Origin: Lama glama
Taxonomy: Eukaryota
DNA: 64,000 nucleotides
Assembly: GCA_028534125.1 (NCBI GenBank)
Contig: CM052816.1
Location: forward strand, 35,218,001 to 35,282,000
Reading direction: 5' to 3'
The stretch's first letter is position 1, and every line of letters starts with the position of its first letter. The notes beneath the pieces are model-generated. The model worked only from the letters and a program-made list of their open reading frames with translations. It was not told the origin of the DNA and ran no database searches. Shown one piece after another: positions 51,801 through 64,000 of this stretch. The translations under genes were made by a program, and so were the position numbers.

Positions 51801-53913
51801 TTACCTGGAGCAGGCAAGAAATATGGACTCTTACGTCTGGGTAACTAGTCATCACAGTTACTGCTCTGGTCTCATGGGATTGAACATTTTCCCACTTTAT
51901 ATAATTTTTAACTGTTGTATCTCATTGATATCTGTTGTTGAAACCTGTCTGAGAATTTTGCCAATCTGGTTCATTTTATCTTGCATATCAGGCTGCTTTC
52001 AGTTTGTTATTTCTTTTACATTTATGAAATCATTATAGTTCCATACTTGCTTATAGAGGACCCCATAGTGTGCTTAAGACCCTTTTGAGTTTCATTTCCA
52101 ATGCTCTTACTTTCCCTTAAATTTGTATTAAAGATGCAACATCCTTTGAGATTGGAGTCACTTTGTACTTTGATTTAAGTCCAGTATAAGTAAAATTTCT
52201 CTTGATGAAAATTCATGTTGTTCCTTTGCTGTTTGTGACGTGTGCCACACATGTTTCTGTGGAGTTACAATTTTTTAAAAAAAAAGAAAGAAAGGAAAAC
52301 AGAGCAGAAGTTTTCAACTTTGATGAATTCCATCTTATCAATTATTTCTTTCATGGATCTATCTGAAAAGTCATCTCCATACCCAAGGTTATTTAGGTTC
52401 TCTCCTATTTATCTTCTAAGAGTTTAATAGTTTTATGTTTTATATTTACATCTATAATCCATTTTGAATTAATTTTTGTGAATGGTGTAAGATCTGTGTC
52501 TAGATTCATTTCTTGCAAGTGGCTATCCGTTGTTCCAGCACCATTTGTTGAAAATATTAACTTTTCTCCCCCATGCTGACCTTGCCCCTTTGTCAAAGAT
52601 CAGGTAATTATATTTATGTGGATCTACTTCTGACCCTCTGTTCTGTTCCACTGGTCTTTTGTTTATTTGTCTATTGTCTTTCCCAAATACCAAACTATCT
52701 TGATTACTCTGTCTTTATAGTAAGTCTCGAAGTTAGGTAGTGTCAGTCTTCCAGTTTTGTTCTTCTCCTTCATTATTCTGTTAGCCATTCTGGGTCTTTT
52801 GCTTCTCCTTACAAACTTCAGAATCAGTTTGGCAATATACACAAAATAACCTGCTGAGATATTTATTGGGATTGTGTTGAATCTATACTGCAAATTGGGA
52901 ATAACTGATATCTTAACAATATTGAGGTTTCTCATATCCATGAACATAATATATTTCTACAATTATTTCTTTGATTTCTCTCATTAGAATTCTGTCATTT
53001 TCCTCCTATAGATCTTGTACAGTCATGTCATCTGTACAAAGATGTCTTTATTTCTTCATTCCCAATCTGTATGCATTTTCTTTTTCTTGTTACATTAGCT
53101 AAGATTTCCAGTTTTATGTTAACAAGCAGTCGTAAGAGGGGACATCCTTGTCTTGCTCCTGATCTTAGTGGGAAAGTTACAAGTTTCTCACAATTAAGTA
53201 TGATACTAGCTGTAAGATTTTTGTAGATATCCTTTATCAAGTTGAGGAAGTTCCCCTTTATTCCTGGTTTACTGTGAGTTTTCATCGTGAATTGGTGTTG
53301 GATTTTTTGTCAAATGATTTTTCTGCACCTATTCGTATGCTCAAGTGATTTTTTCTCTTTTAGTCTGTTGACGTCATGGATTCCATTAATGTATTTTCAA
53401 ATCTTGAAACAGCTTTTCAAATCTGAGATAAATCCCACTTGGTCTAGGTATATAATTCTTTTTCTACACTGTTGGATTTTATTTCCAAATAGTCTATTAA
53501 GAATTTTTGCATCTATGTTCATGAGATAGATACATTGGTCTGTAGTTTTCTTTTCTTCTAATGTCTTTGCTTTTGTTAGGTAATGCTGGCCTCATACAAT
53601 GGAGTAGGAAGTTTCCCTCTGTTTGTTTTTCTGAAATGGTTTGTAGAGAACTGGTATCATTTCTTCCTTAAATGTCTGACAGAATTTGCCAGTGAAGCCA
53701 TGTGAACCTAAAGCCATCAGAGCCTGGTGCTTTCTGTTTTGGAAGGTCATCAGTTATCAATTCAATTACTTTAATCGATGCATGCCTATCCAGATTATCT
53801 GTTTCTTCTTCTGTGAGTTTCAGCAGACTGCGTCCTTGAAGGAATTGACCCATTTCTGCTAAATTATCGAATTTGTATGCATAGAGGTGTTAATACTATT
53901 CCTTCATTATCCT

Positions 53914-54075
53914 CTTATTTTTTTTTTCATGTTTACTAAGCAAGTATTTTTATTTTGGGGAGGTAATTAGGTTTACTTACTTATTCATTTATATTTCAAT
54001 GGAGTTACTGGGGATTGAACTCCGGACCTCATGCATGCAAGGCATGTGCTCTACCACTGAGCTATACCCTCCCTA
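53914..54075 (-). mobile_element. tRNA-derived SINE of the same family as 47471-47622, nested in L1
   Basis: Reverse complement reads gggagggtatagctcagtggtagagcacatgccttgcatgcatgaggtccggagttcaatccccag...aaacctaattacctcccc. TSD CCTTCATTAT at 53901-53910 and 54076-54085. Confidence 0.88.
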
Positions 54076-54869
54076 CCTTCATTATTCTTTTAATATCCAT
54101 AGGATATGTAGTAATGTCCCGTATTTCACTTCTGATATGAGTAATTGTACATGCACTATTTTTTTGATCCATTCTGACAAAACCTGTCTTTTAATTGGTT
54201 TAAGACCAATAACTTTCAAAGTAATTATTGATATACTTGTATTAATATCTACTATATTTGTTATTGTTTCCTATTTGTTACCCTTACTATTTGTTCCTAT
54301 TTTTGTCTTCCACTCTTTTTCTGTCTTTATGGCTTTAAACTGAGTATTTTATATGATTCTATTTTCTGCCATTTCTTAGCATACCAGCTATACTTCTTTT
54401 TTTTCCTCTTTTTTTTTTTTTTTTTTTAGTGGCTTCTCTAGAGTTTGCAAATCATGACAAGAGCATGCCATTTTTCTCCTATATTCACCATAAGAACCTC
54501 ATAGGGATTGGGAGGTAAAACTTACAAACGTATAAAAGCCTCTCAATGATTGGGTCCTCCTGGAGTTTTTAACTGTCAGAGTTGTTCACACTGAATCTCC
54601 AGAATTTGTCAACTATAATTCAGGTTTTTCTATAGCCAGTACTGGTTCCCGAGCTGCTTGCTGCTGTGAAAAGTTCTGATTCTCTGTATTTGCTTGTCGG
54701 TCTCTCCACTTTGGGGGCAGCATTTGCTTTATGACCTACCTTCTCTAATGGATCCAAGAAGAGTTGTTCATCTTTAGGTTTGTTCAGCTTTTCACTTGTT
54801 GTTAGGATGGAGTGACAACTTCCAAACTTCTTACATGCTGGACTGAAAATTGGAAGTCTTAACTTTTGA

Positions 54870-55790
54870 ATTTGCTAAAGAACTAATTCACTGTTCTGCA
54901 AATTGGCAAATTAATGTCAAAAAGCAGGCATTTATCCTGCCTTTCCTGTATGAACTATACTTCAAGGTAGTCAAAAAACTGATACAGGAAACATTTTTAT
55001 TGAAAGATTCTAGCTAACAACTGCATTAGGAATGACAGATGTAAAATGTTGCCATTTTATAGCCTCCATTGAACAAATGGATCTAAGCAATAAACAATTG
55101 TTTCTAAAACTATCAGTTGAAAAGCTGAAAAGAAACTCTTTTACTAGGTTGATCAGGCTGGCAAAATTGAAACCTATTAGCCAAGTTTAACACCACAAAA
55201 AGATAAATAAGCAGACATTATATACCTCTCTTCTGATATGAAATAATAAGTCTATACCAGCAACTGTGATGTATTCTTACCCAAAATAAACAGCCAGAAT
55301 CTTATCAAGCCTCTAGATCTAACTCCCAGTTTACAGGAAAACTGAAGGATCGAGGTATATGTGAAATTGTATCACATGATACTAACAGTAAATTCCAAAA
55401 TGAAGGAAATTCAGTTCTATAGAATAAATTATACAGTTTTGTCATGATTCAAAATGAGCCAACTATAAAAAAAAATTTAACAATCATTTGAGCCAGTCAG
55501 GGTAATTAAAAATACTAAGGAACTATTGTTATTTTAAGGTGGGTTAATGATAATATAGTTATGTTTTCTTTTTTTTAAAAGAGGACTTTTTTTTAGCAAT
55601 ACATACGAAAATATCTATGGGTAAAATAATAACTGGAATTTTCTTTAAAATTATCCACTGTAAAAGAAAAGTAGGTAAGAGTACAGATTTTTTTTAATTG
55701 AATATTTGGATGGATAGGTCAATGAGATTTCATTTTACTATTCTCTCTTCTTCTGTACATTGGCAAATTTTCAAAATAAAAACCATTGCA
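54870..55790 (+). mobile_element. Old L1 (L1MC/ME-like) 3' UTR
   Basis: atcaagcctctagatctaactcccagtttacaggaaa...ttcattttactattctctcttcttctgtaca...tttcaaaataaaaa. Confidence 0.65.
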
Positions 55791-56197
55791 AAAAATTATC
55801 CAGAAAAGACAGACTAAATGTAAAGAAAATTTAGAAATATCCCAACTAATTTATTTTGCCTATATTTTCTTTTTTATTATATACATAGTATTACATGATA
55901 CAAATTAATATTTTTTAAAAGCTTAAAAGAGCTATTTCAGCAAGTAAAAAATAAAAATTCTAAGTGATAAAAAAGTATTGTATCATAGTTTAATTGACAG
56001 CATTTTTTCTTTCATGGGAGTATGTAAAATAACAGTTTATCTTAAAATTAATAATGTTTTATATTCAATAAAAATATACTGATATCTATTTGTTAGGAAA
56101 TGATGACTAAACAATCTTTTAAAGTCAAACAGGAGAAAGTACTTCATTGAATTTAAAAATCAAATTAAAGAAAGAATTCCAGCATGGAAAGACAAAC

Positions 56198-56371
56198 CTT
56201 TATCATCTCTGCCTCTATCTGCTGATGAACACCTATATAACTCTTCTTCACCTGCTGCTTGTCTTTGATCATCATGGTGAGCCTGTGTAAAGGTCCAGAA
56301 TTTAGGTCCTCTGCATGTGTCTTCATTATCCTACTAAGTTGTTCTGTCTGCTGAATCATAAGTAGCCAAGA
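56198..56371 (-). CDS. FER: FER coding exon (174 nt, phase 0-0): [58 protein letters not shown]
   Basis: Lies in ORF 56165..56404. Acceptor ttttaaaaAG|TCT (plus-strand ct at 56372-56373), donor AAG|GTttgt (plus-strand ac at 56196-56197). Peptide matches the FER F-BAR domain. Confidence 0.96.
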
Positions 56372-56768
56372 CTTTTTAAAAGAAATAAGAAACAAAATTA
56401 GCACTTGTATTAGAGGTTTCCATTTAGCTGTGCTTTAAGTGTTCAGGAACTTTAATTAGTTTTATACAAATTATAACATTAAGATAAAAGTGTCAGGTTT
56501 CTGGCAACTGTGTAATGAGCTAAATGATTAGTTCATATTTAATATCTTCAAATTCAAGTGCAAAGGCTTTAAAAGTCAGTAATCAGAAACAGTGCAGAAT
56601 ACTAGGACAGGGATTAAGGGACCCTTTGAGGAACCACACCTGCAGTCTTCATTTTATCACTTCTTGTTTGTTTTTCAACACACTGATATATGCCTTCTGC
56701 CCACACCATGACCTGAGTGAGGTCAGCACTTCCTAATGATCATATACGACAGAAATTTACTCATCTTG

Positions 56769-56938
56769 ATTTTTTTAAATGAAATATAGTTGATTCATTA
56801 TAGTTGTGTTAGTTTCTCATGTACAGCAAAGTGATTCAGTTATATAAACATTCTTTTGGTATTCTTTTCCATTATGGTTTATTACAAGATACTGAATATA
56901 GTTCCCTGTACTACACCTTGGGACCTTGTTGTTTATCT
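56769..56938 (-). mobile_element. Short L1 3' end
   Basis: gaaatatagttgatt...gtacagcaaagtgattcagttata...gaatatagttccctgt...ggaccttgttgtttatc. Confidence 0.8.
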
Positions 56939-58599
56939 CCATCTTCTTTTTTCTGTTTCTCTCAGGTATCTGATCCTACTGACTCACTTCTCCCTGAAAC
57001 TCTTTTTTGGTTTTTATGGCTTTCTATCTTCCAACAAACCAACCTGCCTTCCACCCTTCCTAAAAATTCTTTCTCAATCTTTGTACCTGCTCTGCTGCTT
57101 ATGTCTTAAATACATGTATTCTCTATATTTCTCTTTTCTCTTTTCTTAATAATATCTTTTCTTAATAAATATCATTAGTTCTCTATGGTTTTTGTAGAAA
57201 AACATTTTGCCACCATAGCAGACACACATAATGGTGGGTTTGGGACAAGTGGGCATATGGATACTGCTAGATGGACAAGTCATTTGTTACTTGACTTCCT
57301 AGCTTATAAATACAAAAAAAAAAAAAAAAAGTAACAGAGGTTACTTTTAGGTCTCCAAAATTCTATTCAGAAATAATTACTGGAGATTTATCACAGCCAG
57401 AAAGGATCCATGCCAAAGACACAAAAAAATACACAACATATGGTTTCAGATATTTTACAAGAACAAATTTTCTATACTACTACTTTTGACGTATGAGTGA
57501 ACAGAATTAATTCTGTTTCTATTAATATTCTAAAATAATATTAAATCAAAATTTAACAGGTGTCTGAATCAAAAGCACAGCCTAAAGGAAGCAAATTCTT
57601 AGTCACAGAACTCACCAGTCTAATTTAGTAATTTTGTTTTAGTGTCTTGATACACCACAATATGTTTTTTAAAAAAGTAATCTTTGAGGACATTTGTTTA
57701 AGGGAAAATGTCATTTTTAGTTGCAAAATGCAATCATGAAAATGAAATAAGATAGGTGGGTTATGAACTCATTATATTTACTTTCAAAATCAAAAACCTA
57801 AGATGCTCTTGATACCACAAAGCTATTTAAAACTGGTATACTCACATTAAAACACAAAGTTTAACAAAGATGAAGACAACAAAAAACTATACAAATGTGG
57901 ATTAAAAACATCAACTAAATGGCCCTAGAACTCTTGTAGCTTTGCTTTTTTCATTTTATATTTTCACTCTAAAAAAATACGATGTTAAGAAAACTTTCTA
58001 TAACGTGGAGAATGTTAAATCTACCCCCCAAAAAAATTTTTTGAAGTGAGAAGAATAAGTTTCTTTCTCAAAAAAACAAATATTCTGTACCTTCAAAAAA
58101 TAAATATTCTCTAAGTGCTTTGTAGCAATAATTTTTTATGATTCTGTATAGGAGTCCTTGTAGACTAGGAAGAAGTCATCATAGAAGCTAACATTAAAAA
58201 TCACACAACTAGATCAGGTTGCCCTCCACCTCTCAGGAGGGCACATATCCTGCCTAATAGCCCTGCTCACTGTAGTCACTGTGGGAAGTCAAAACCTCCC
58301 AAGGTATATATAACCACCCCAACTGGCAACCCTGTATCACCCTCAATATCTCCTAATCAGACCCAGGACACTGTCTATAGAATCCTGTACTGTCAGGAAC
58401 TGCTGCTCTATGATTAGAAACCTCCTTATACTTCTTATCAGGACTTCCCATTTATAGCCCAGCTTTAACAAAAACCTGGCTTGAGCCCACTCCCAACATC
58501 CTAATACTGCTAATAAACATAACCTCTCTTCCTAAAAATGTCAGCTCTTCTAAAGCTTGTCATCCTCCCACATGTGCAATTCATCAGAAAGTCTTTCTG

Positions 58600-58757
58600 T
58601 TCTATAAAAATGTACTGTTCTTTTGATAAAATGGTATATAAGCATTAAGTTCTAACCAACCCTTTTACTGACCTCTAAGTGCTCCCAAATGTAAATGGGA
58701 CACATATGCTAATAAACTTTTGATTTTCTCTTGTTTTAAAAAAAAAGGAAAAAGAAA
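58600..58757 (+). mobile_element. ERV1-type LTR U3/R fragment ending in poly(A), with TSD, inserted in an L2 relic
   Basis: TATATAA (58635-58641), AATAAA (58711-58716), A-tail from 58738, TSD AAAGTCTTTCTG at 58588-58599 and 58758-58769. Confidence 0.65.
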
Positions 58758-60389
58758 AAAGTCTTTCTGATTCTCCCTCCAAAATCTACAAATCCACCCA
58801 TTTCTCTTCATCTTCACTCTCACCCCTTTGGAAGTTATGATTATCTCTGGCTTGGACTACTGCAGCACCTCCTAATTGGTGACTTTTCTTTTCCTCATGC
58901 TCCTTTCCAAATTATTCCCCTTAGAGTAGCAAAAGCCTACAATGGCTTTACTTTTCACTTAAAGAAAAATCCTACACCTATGTTTTATAACATAAAAATA
59001 TAAATACTTAATAATCAAATATAGTATTACCATATAAGTCAAACACAACCCAGGCTGTTTAATATAAACAGTGTTATTTAATATTATTTCTGAGATGCCT
59101 CTGAAGAAGTGAATGATTTGAAAGGAAGAGGTTTACCCTTTTTAATAGCAAAAAATAAAAATGAAGCCATTGAAATTATTATTTCCCATGTAACAGGTTG
59201 ACAAAATTAAATAAACAATTGCACACTATAGGTGAGAGTGTGGGGAAACAGGTTCTCCACTGCACTGTTAGTAGAAATGTAAATTACTGAAAAACAATTC
59301 GGCAATAGCTATTAAAATTCTAAGAGGGCAAAACTTTATACCCAGAAATTCTACTTCTTGGAATTTATCTCACAAAAAATATTTGCATAAGCATTCAGAT
59401 TATATTAACAAGGACATTTATCATAGTTTTAATAGCCAAAAAAGTTAAGTAAGAAATGAAAGACATGAATAAAATGATACGCAGCCTTTAAAAAAAAGTA
59501 AAGTAACCAAGTAAAATGATACAGAGAAAACCCAAAATATACAATAAACTAAAAAATGTCAAACTTCAGAACCATTTATTGAGTACGAAATTATTTCTAT
59601 AAACTAAATATATGTCCTGTGTGGGCATATGTATTAAAAAAAAACTTAATTGCCTGGTAAAAATGTAAATATTAGAATTAATCAAAGACAAATGATTTCT
59701 GTGCCAACTCAAATTCCATTCACAAGTTGCTAAAAACACACATACCCTGTGACCTACCACTACAAACGACAGCATTTCCAAACATAGAGCCTATTAAAAT
59801 ATGAAACACTGTATCATTCCAAATTTAGGATAGATGCTTCCATGAAATTAAATTGCAGCTCTCACATGTAACAGGAAACAATCATTACACTAGAAGCCAA
59901 AATTTTATCTAAAGTAAAATAATACAGATTAAGATGAGTTATTTTCTAATCATTACTTAATAGTGGGAAAAAATATAAAACAGTATCAATTCAAAGATAG
60001 CAAAAAAAAATATTAGCAGCTCCTCCATAAAGTAGTAAAAAAGAAAAAAACAGGGAGTAAAAAAAAAAAAACTCCCTAATTTAAGTTACTCTGGGGAAGT
60101 AAACTCTAAATTAATTTTTTTTAAATGCTAGAATATTTCCACAGGAAAAAAATTTATTCCATTCAGGCATATACAACAACAAAAACGTATGAAATGTGAT
60201 GTAAAGATCCTACCATACTGCTTATATTTCCATGTATTAGTAATTTATAATTAACAAATTGTAGCAGATACTCAGAAATGATCTGAAGGAAGTAAGAAAA
60301 CATTGGTCATGATTCCTTTGTACCAGAAACAATGCTAGAAAGAGGAGATAAAATAATTTGTAAAGTAAGGAACTTCTGGTCATGACATT

Positions 60390-61210
60390 CTAACTGGAAT
60401 CAAACTCATCTTCCCATTGAAAACTACTGGAAAGCTGAACATAATGCATGAAACTCAGACACGGGCAGCAGGAAGTACAGGACTGGAATCCCTGGGTTGA
60501 GGAAACAAAGCTGAAGGTCTGGGAAGAGCAAAGCAGCCAGAGTTCATGGGACAGACTACTGGAGAGGACAGAGGTACACAGAGAGAGAAGCCTGGAGATG
60601 TGCAACAAGCACCACTCTGTCCAGTATTCAGCGGAATACTGATGACTGCATGTCTGAGAGAAAACTACACAAGCTGGGCAAAGAACTAGCTGACAAGATA
60701 GAGGGAACAGCACCTGGCGTTCACCCACGGCCAGGAATAGTGCCTGTTCCCACCAGCCACACTGGAAAACTCATCATTCATGAAATGTTGGGTAGAATAT
60801 TCAAAAGGTTTTGCCTTGCTAGTGGGGAGTAATTAGCCCTGGAGTTAGCACTGCTCTGGTCCTGCCTAACAAATCTTAAAATCAAGATCCAAAAAGATCC
60901 AAACTCTTTCCAAGTAACTTAACTGTGTCCCCAAACAAACTCAACAACACACGGCAATGTAAACTATCAAAAACGAAGCAGGCAGAAAAAAGAATTTTTA
61001 AAAAAGAAACAGAATATCACTGAACTGTAGGACACCTTCTAGAGTTCTAATAAATGTGTAATTAGAAACATCAAAGGAGACAGAGGGGGACAGGGAAAGT
61101 ATCTGAAGAAATAACAGCGGAAGATATTCAAAACGATGAAATCTAAAACCCCACAGATTCAAGAAATTCAATGAACCCCACCACAAAAAGCATGAAAAAA
61201 AAAAAAAAAC
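60390..61210 (+). mobile_element. Old L1M 5' region and ORF1 fragments
   Basis: ccagtattcagcggaatactgat...gttttgccttgctagtggggagtaattagccct...cagaatatcactgaactgtaggaca...aaacccacagattcaagaa. Confidence 0.65.
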
Positions 61211-62929
61211 CTACACTATCAGTACCATAGCTGAGTCATACAGCCTTGGGACATTCAAGTATTTTACAATGATAATATAATAATTTCCACAAACTGATCA
61301 CATCTATGAAACCCATGAATTCTACAATTCATTTTGAAAAGTTTGTGGATATGTTATTTTTTTCTTACAGCATTTAAAATTTCTTCCCCTGTAAATACAG
61401 CAGGAATTGACTGGTCTCCTTTCCTGCATAGTTTATAACACAGTATCCAGAATTCTCTACAGGTAAGTTCTCATCTGGTGGAGACTTTTAAAGAACCAAA
61501 GGACTGAGGTTACTTGGTGAGTCAGCAAGAAATGGATCATCTGAGTTAAGTATGTCCTTTAATGTCAGGGGACTTTTGGCTTCTCTATTTAATTAAAGCC
61601 TTTCTAACAATGGAAGAGTTGAAACTTTTAAGTCTCTGTTATTCAAGTACTATAAATTCTCAGGTTATCAAACACTAACATCATAATCAAAACAAATCGT
61701 GAATAAAAATAACATGCAGACAAAAGATTATTAAATATTTTTACATAAAAGAGAATCAAAATAATCCACATAACTGAAGTCAGTATCTGAGTTCTGCAGA
61801 GTGGTACCAAGTGTGCTGAGCTGCATCAGCTCAGTCACTGCCTGATCTCAGCAGTAAGAGAGTCATTTCCGGAAACCACATGACCACCAGGTTATTGCTA
61901 CTGCTATTAAATTAAAGAGTAAATCTAAATGTCTAAGCACAGATTCAAAACAAGAAGGAAAATTGCATTACCTTTTCTTTCCCAATACTTTCTCTTCCCG
62001 CTTTCTAGACTCAGTGCCCCTCAACTGCTTTTGTTCTCCTTGGACTTAAAGGCTACTCTTCTTGTTCTTCTGAGGAACAAAGATAACTGGCCAGAGTCTC
62101 ACTTTTGTCCTTCAGAAGCAAATCACATAAGCTCAACAGTTTGTCCTACCAAAAGTTAGGGGTTGAAACAAGACCTCTGCAGTCTCTCCCAGCCCCAGCA
62201 CCCGTGACTGTTCGCTACTTGGCTACATCCCTCTCTGCTGTCATCCTCATAAATTCCTTGAGCTTTGTAGCTCGTGTCCACAGAAGATTCTTTTATGGAT
62301 CCAGCTCGAGTGGATCTTTGTTAATACAGGAATGGCCTATTTGGAAATTTTAAAGAAGACAACAAATTACATTCAGGAGATGTTTGCCTGCTTCCCTCCA
62401 GCTTTTGTGCAATATTCCTGTTCTCCACCCTGCTGCACCCCATTCCCACTCCACATCCATGTCCTAGAGAAGTTGTTCTAGCTGTTATTCCCTATTTTCT
62501 GTATCCCCAAAATCTCCTTGATTGGCTCTTTCAGCTCAAAATTTCTTTAAAAAACAAAGCCTTTCTTTCCCTAATCCAACCAATTCTTCCAGCTACTGCT
62601 CAATCTACTCTTCTTTAAAACTCCTCAAACAGACTTCTAGGGGATAAACCATTAAAACTCTGCATTTGCTCCCAGAAAGTATGAACCAGGCTATATACTT
62701 AAGATATTCCCTTTCTCTGAAGCTCCACCAAATATATTCTGTTTTCTTCTCTCATATCCTGTGTAACACAGAACCAAAAGGTGGTTTGATGTTCTCCATG
62801 ACTTCTCCCCAATTCCACCCCTATTAAAGTTAAACTTACTTGCCTAGACCACCCTCTGCTCTTCCTCTTTATCACATACACTCATAAGCTTTCTCTTATT
62901 TACCCCTTATAGCAACACTCTGAGACACA

Positions 62930-63030
62930 TATCTTCATCTTATAAATGGTGTCAGAGAGAATAATCTGTCCAAGGTCACACAGCTAACAAATGCAAGAGC
63001 TCAGACTCAGCCCAAATCTACCTCTTAATG
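62930..63030 (-). mobile_element. MIR SINE relic
   Basis: cagagagaataatctgtccaaggtcacacagctaacaaatgcaagagc. Confidence 0.65.
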
Positions 63031-64000
63031 TGTTAGACTGGATACAACCTAAGGAGCTCAGAGGATACAGAAGCATGGGGACCTAAAGACCTCCAGTTCT
63101 TGTATCTAAAGATTACTTTGAGAATAACTACCAAAGCTAAACTGATGAGAGCACTTTATAAATTGGTTACATATTACACGAACCTGTACTTAGTACTTTA
63201 TCATTAAAGTACAAGCTAAGAGGCATGGGGAAAGCTACCTACTCCCTGTAGGCCACCTGCTTTGTAGCATGAGTAGCAGCTAAGGTGAAGAAGCCCTTTG
63301 AGGCCAAGATTAGCGAGTCCTTGATATGACATACTCTGTTAGAAGAAATGAAGGTGAAAACAGAAGAGGCCTCTCACTCTTTGCGTTTCTAACTAGAATC
63401 ATAACCAATGCTTCAACCTCCCTAAGCAATAACAATTAAGAAATAAATCACCATCTTCTTATCTAACCAACCCCAGTTCCACACTGGATAATTAGTAACA
63501 GCATCACCGTAAGACAGACAGAGTACACATTTCTCTATGTCCCCGGAAAACAAATATCTGGTTTAGTACTTTAAAGTTTTAGAAAATTTTTCAGAATGCC
63601 AAGTTATATTAAATAATATTAATATTATAAAATACTGTTTTTACATGAAATGCATTATTTCAAAAGATTTTCTGAATTCCTAAATGTGATTATTTTATGT
63701 TGGCATCTTGTGACCAAAAATAATTCCTAGAAATAAATGCATCCCTTATCTCACAGTAAAAAAGGAATAATGATTCAATTTACAGAAATACTATTCTCCT
63801 CTACCTCCCCTCCCAAAAAGAGATCAGTTAAATAAATAGCATATTAAATAGCACAGCAAGTTTCTAAAGTAATTAGTATAACTCCTAAAATGTCTATTTA
63901 CTCTTAGAAAGCCAGTATAGGTAAGGAGTATTGGTTATACTAGAATGAACATACAATATAAAGAAAGTAAACACTGTAGTCAACTTTTGAAAAGAGTAAA

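Larger units (their letters stand above)
50620..54860 (-). mobile_element. Old, internally deleted L1 (L1MC-like 3' UTR, ORF2 pieces and 5' end) carrying nested inserts
   Basis: 3' end tttagagcagttttag...cacagcaaaattga. ORF2-like translations 52405..52596, 52663..52947 and 53028..53285 (RSGARQGCPLL). 5'-end-like gttgttaggatggagtgacaacttccaaacttcttacatg near 54800-54860. Confidence 0.85.
1..64000 (-). other. FER: Internal part of the FER tyrosine kinase gene (about exons 4-10 by human numbering plus introns); the gene extends beyond both window ends
   Basis: Seven minus-strand exons with canonical splice sites and consistent phases join into an uninterrupted 343-codon peptide matching the recalled FER F-BAR/FX sequence. 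No start or stop exon is seen in the window. Confidence 0.96.

Noticed and set aside
1..64000. CRISPR arrays, operons, prophage or other novel multi-gene systems
   Set aside because: No regularly spaced repeats or prokaryote-like gene density; the window is explained by mammalian introns, FER exons and interspersed repeats.

Overview
AT-rich, repeat-dense mammalian genomic DNA lying entirely inside the FER non-receptor tyrosine kinase gene, which is on the minus strand. Seven internal coding exons (56371-56198, 49786-49687, 30856-30673, 28568-28431, 27818-27699, 15414-15292, 7137-6948) total 1029 nt, or 343 codons. All have AG/GT boundaries and splice in frame to the F-BAR/FX region (SWLLMIQQ...DARSVTSM, about residues 70-412 by recalled human numbering). 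The start-codon exon and the SH2/kinase exons lie outside the window. The introns hold old L1M, L2, MIR, MLT1 and MER DNA-transposon relics, young L1 3' ends, and two tRNA-Ala-like SINEs that suggest a camelid genome (inference). I found no evidence of a new gene or biological system. The most notable observations are retrotransposition by-products visible in the sequence: a probable L1 3' transduction (5080-5568), a twin-primed inverted L1 (25789-27161), an L1-mobilised polyadenylated LTR fragment (58588-58769), an unexplained poly(A)-ended insert within an L1 (51745-52303), and a 42-bp templated duplication (2650/3297). Repeat family names come from recalled consensus motifs, not a database search, and repeat boundaries are approximate.
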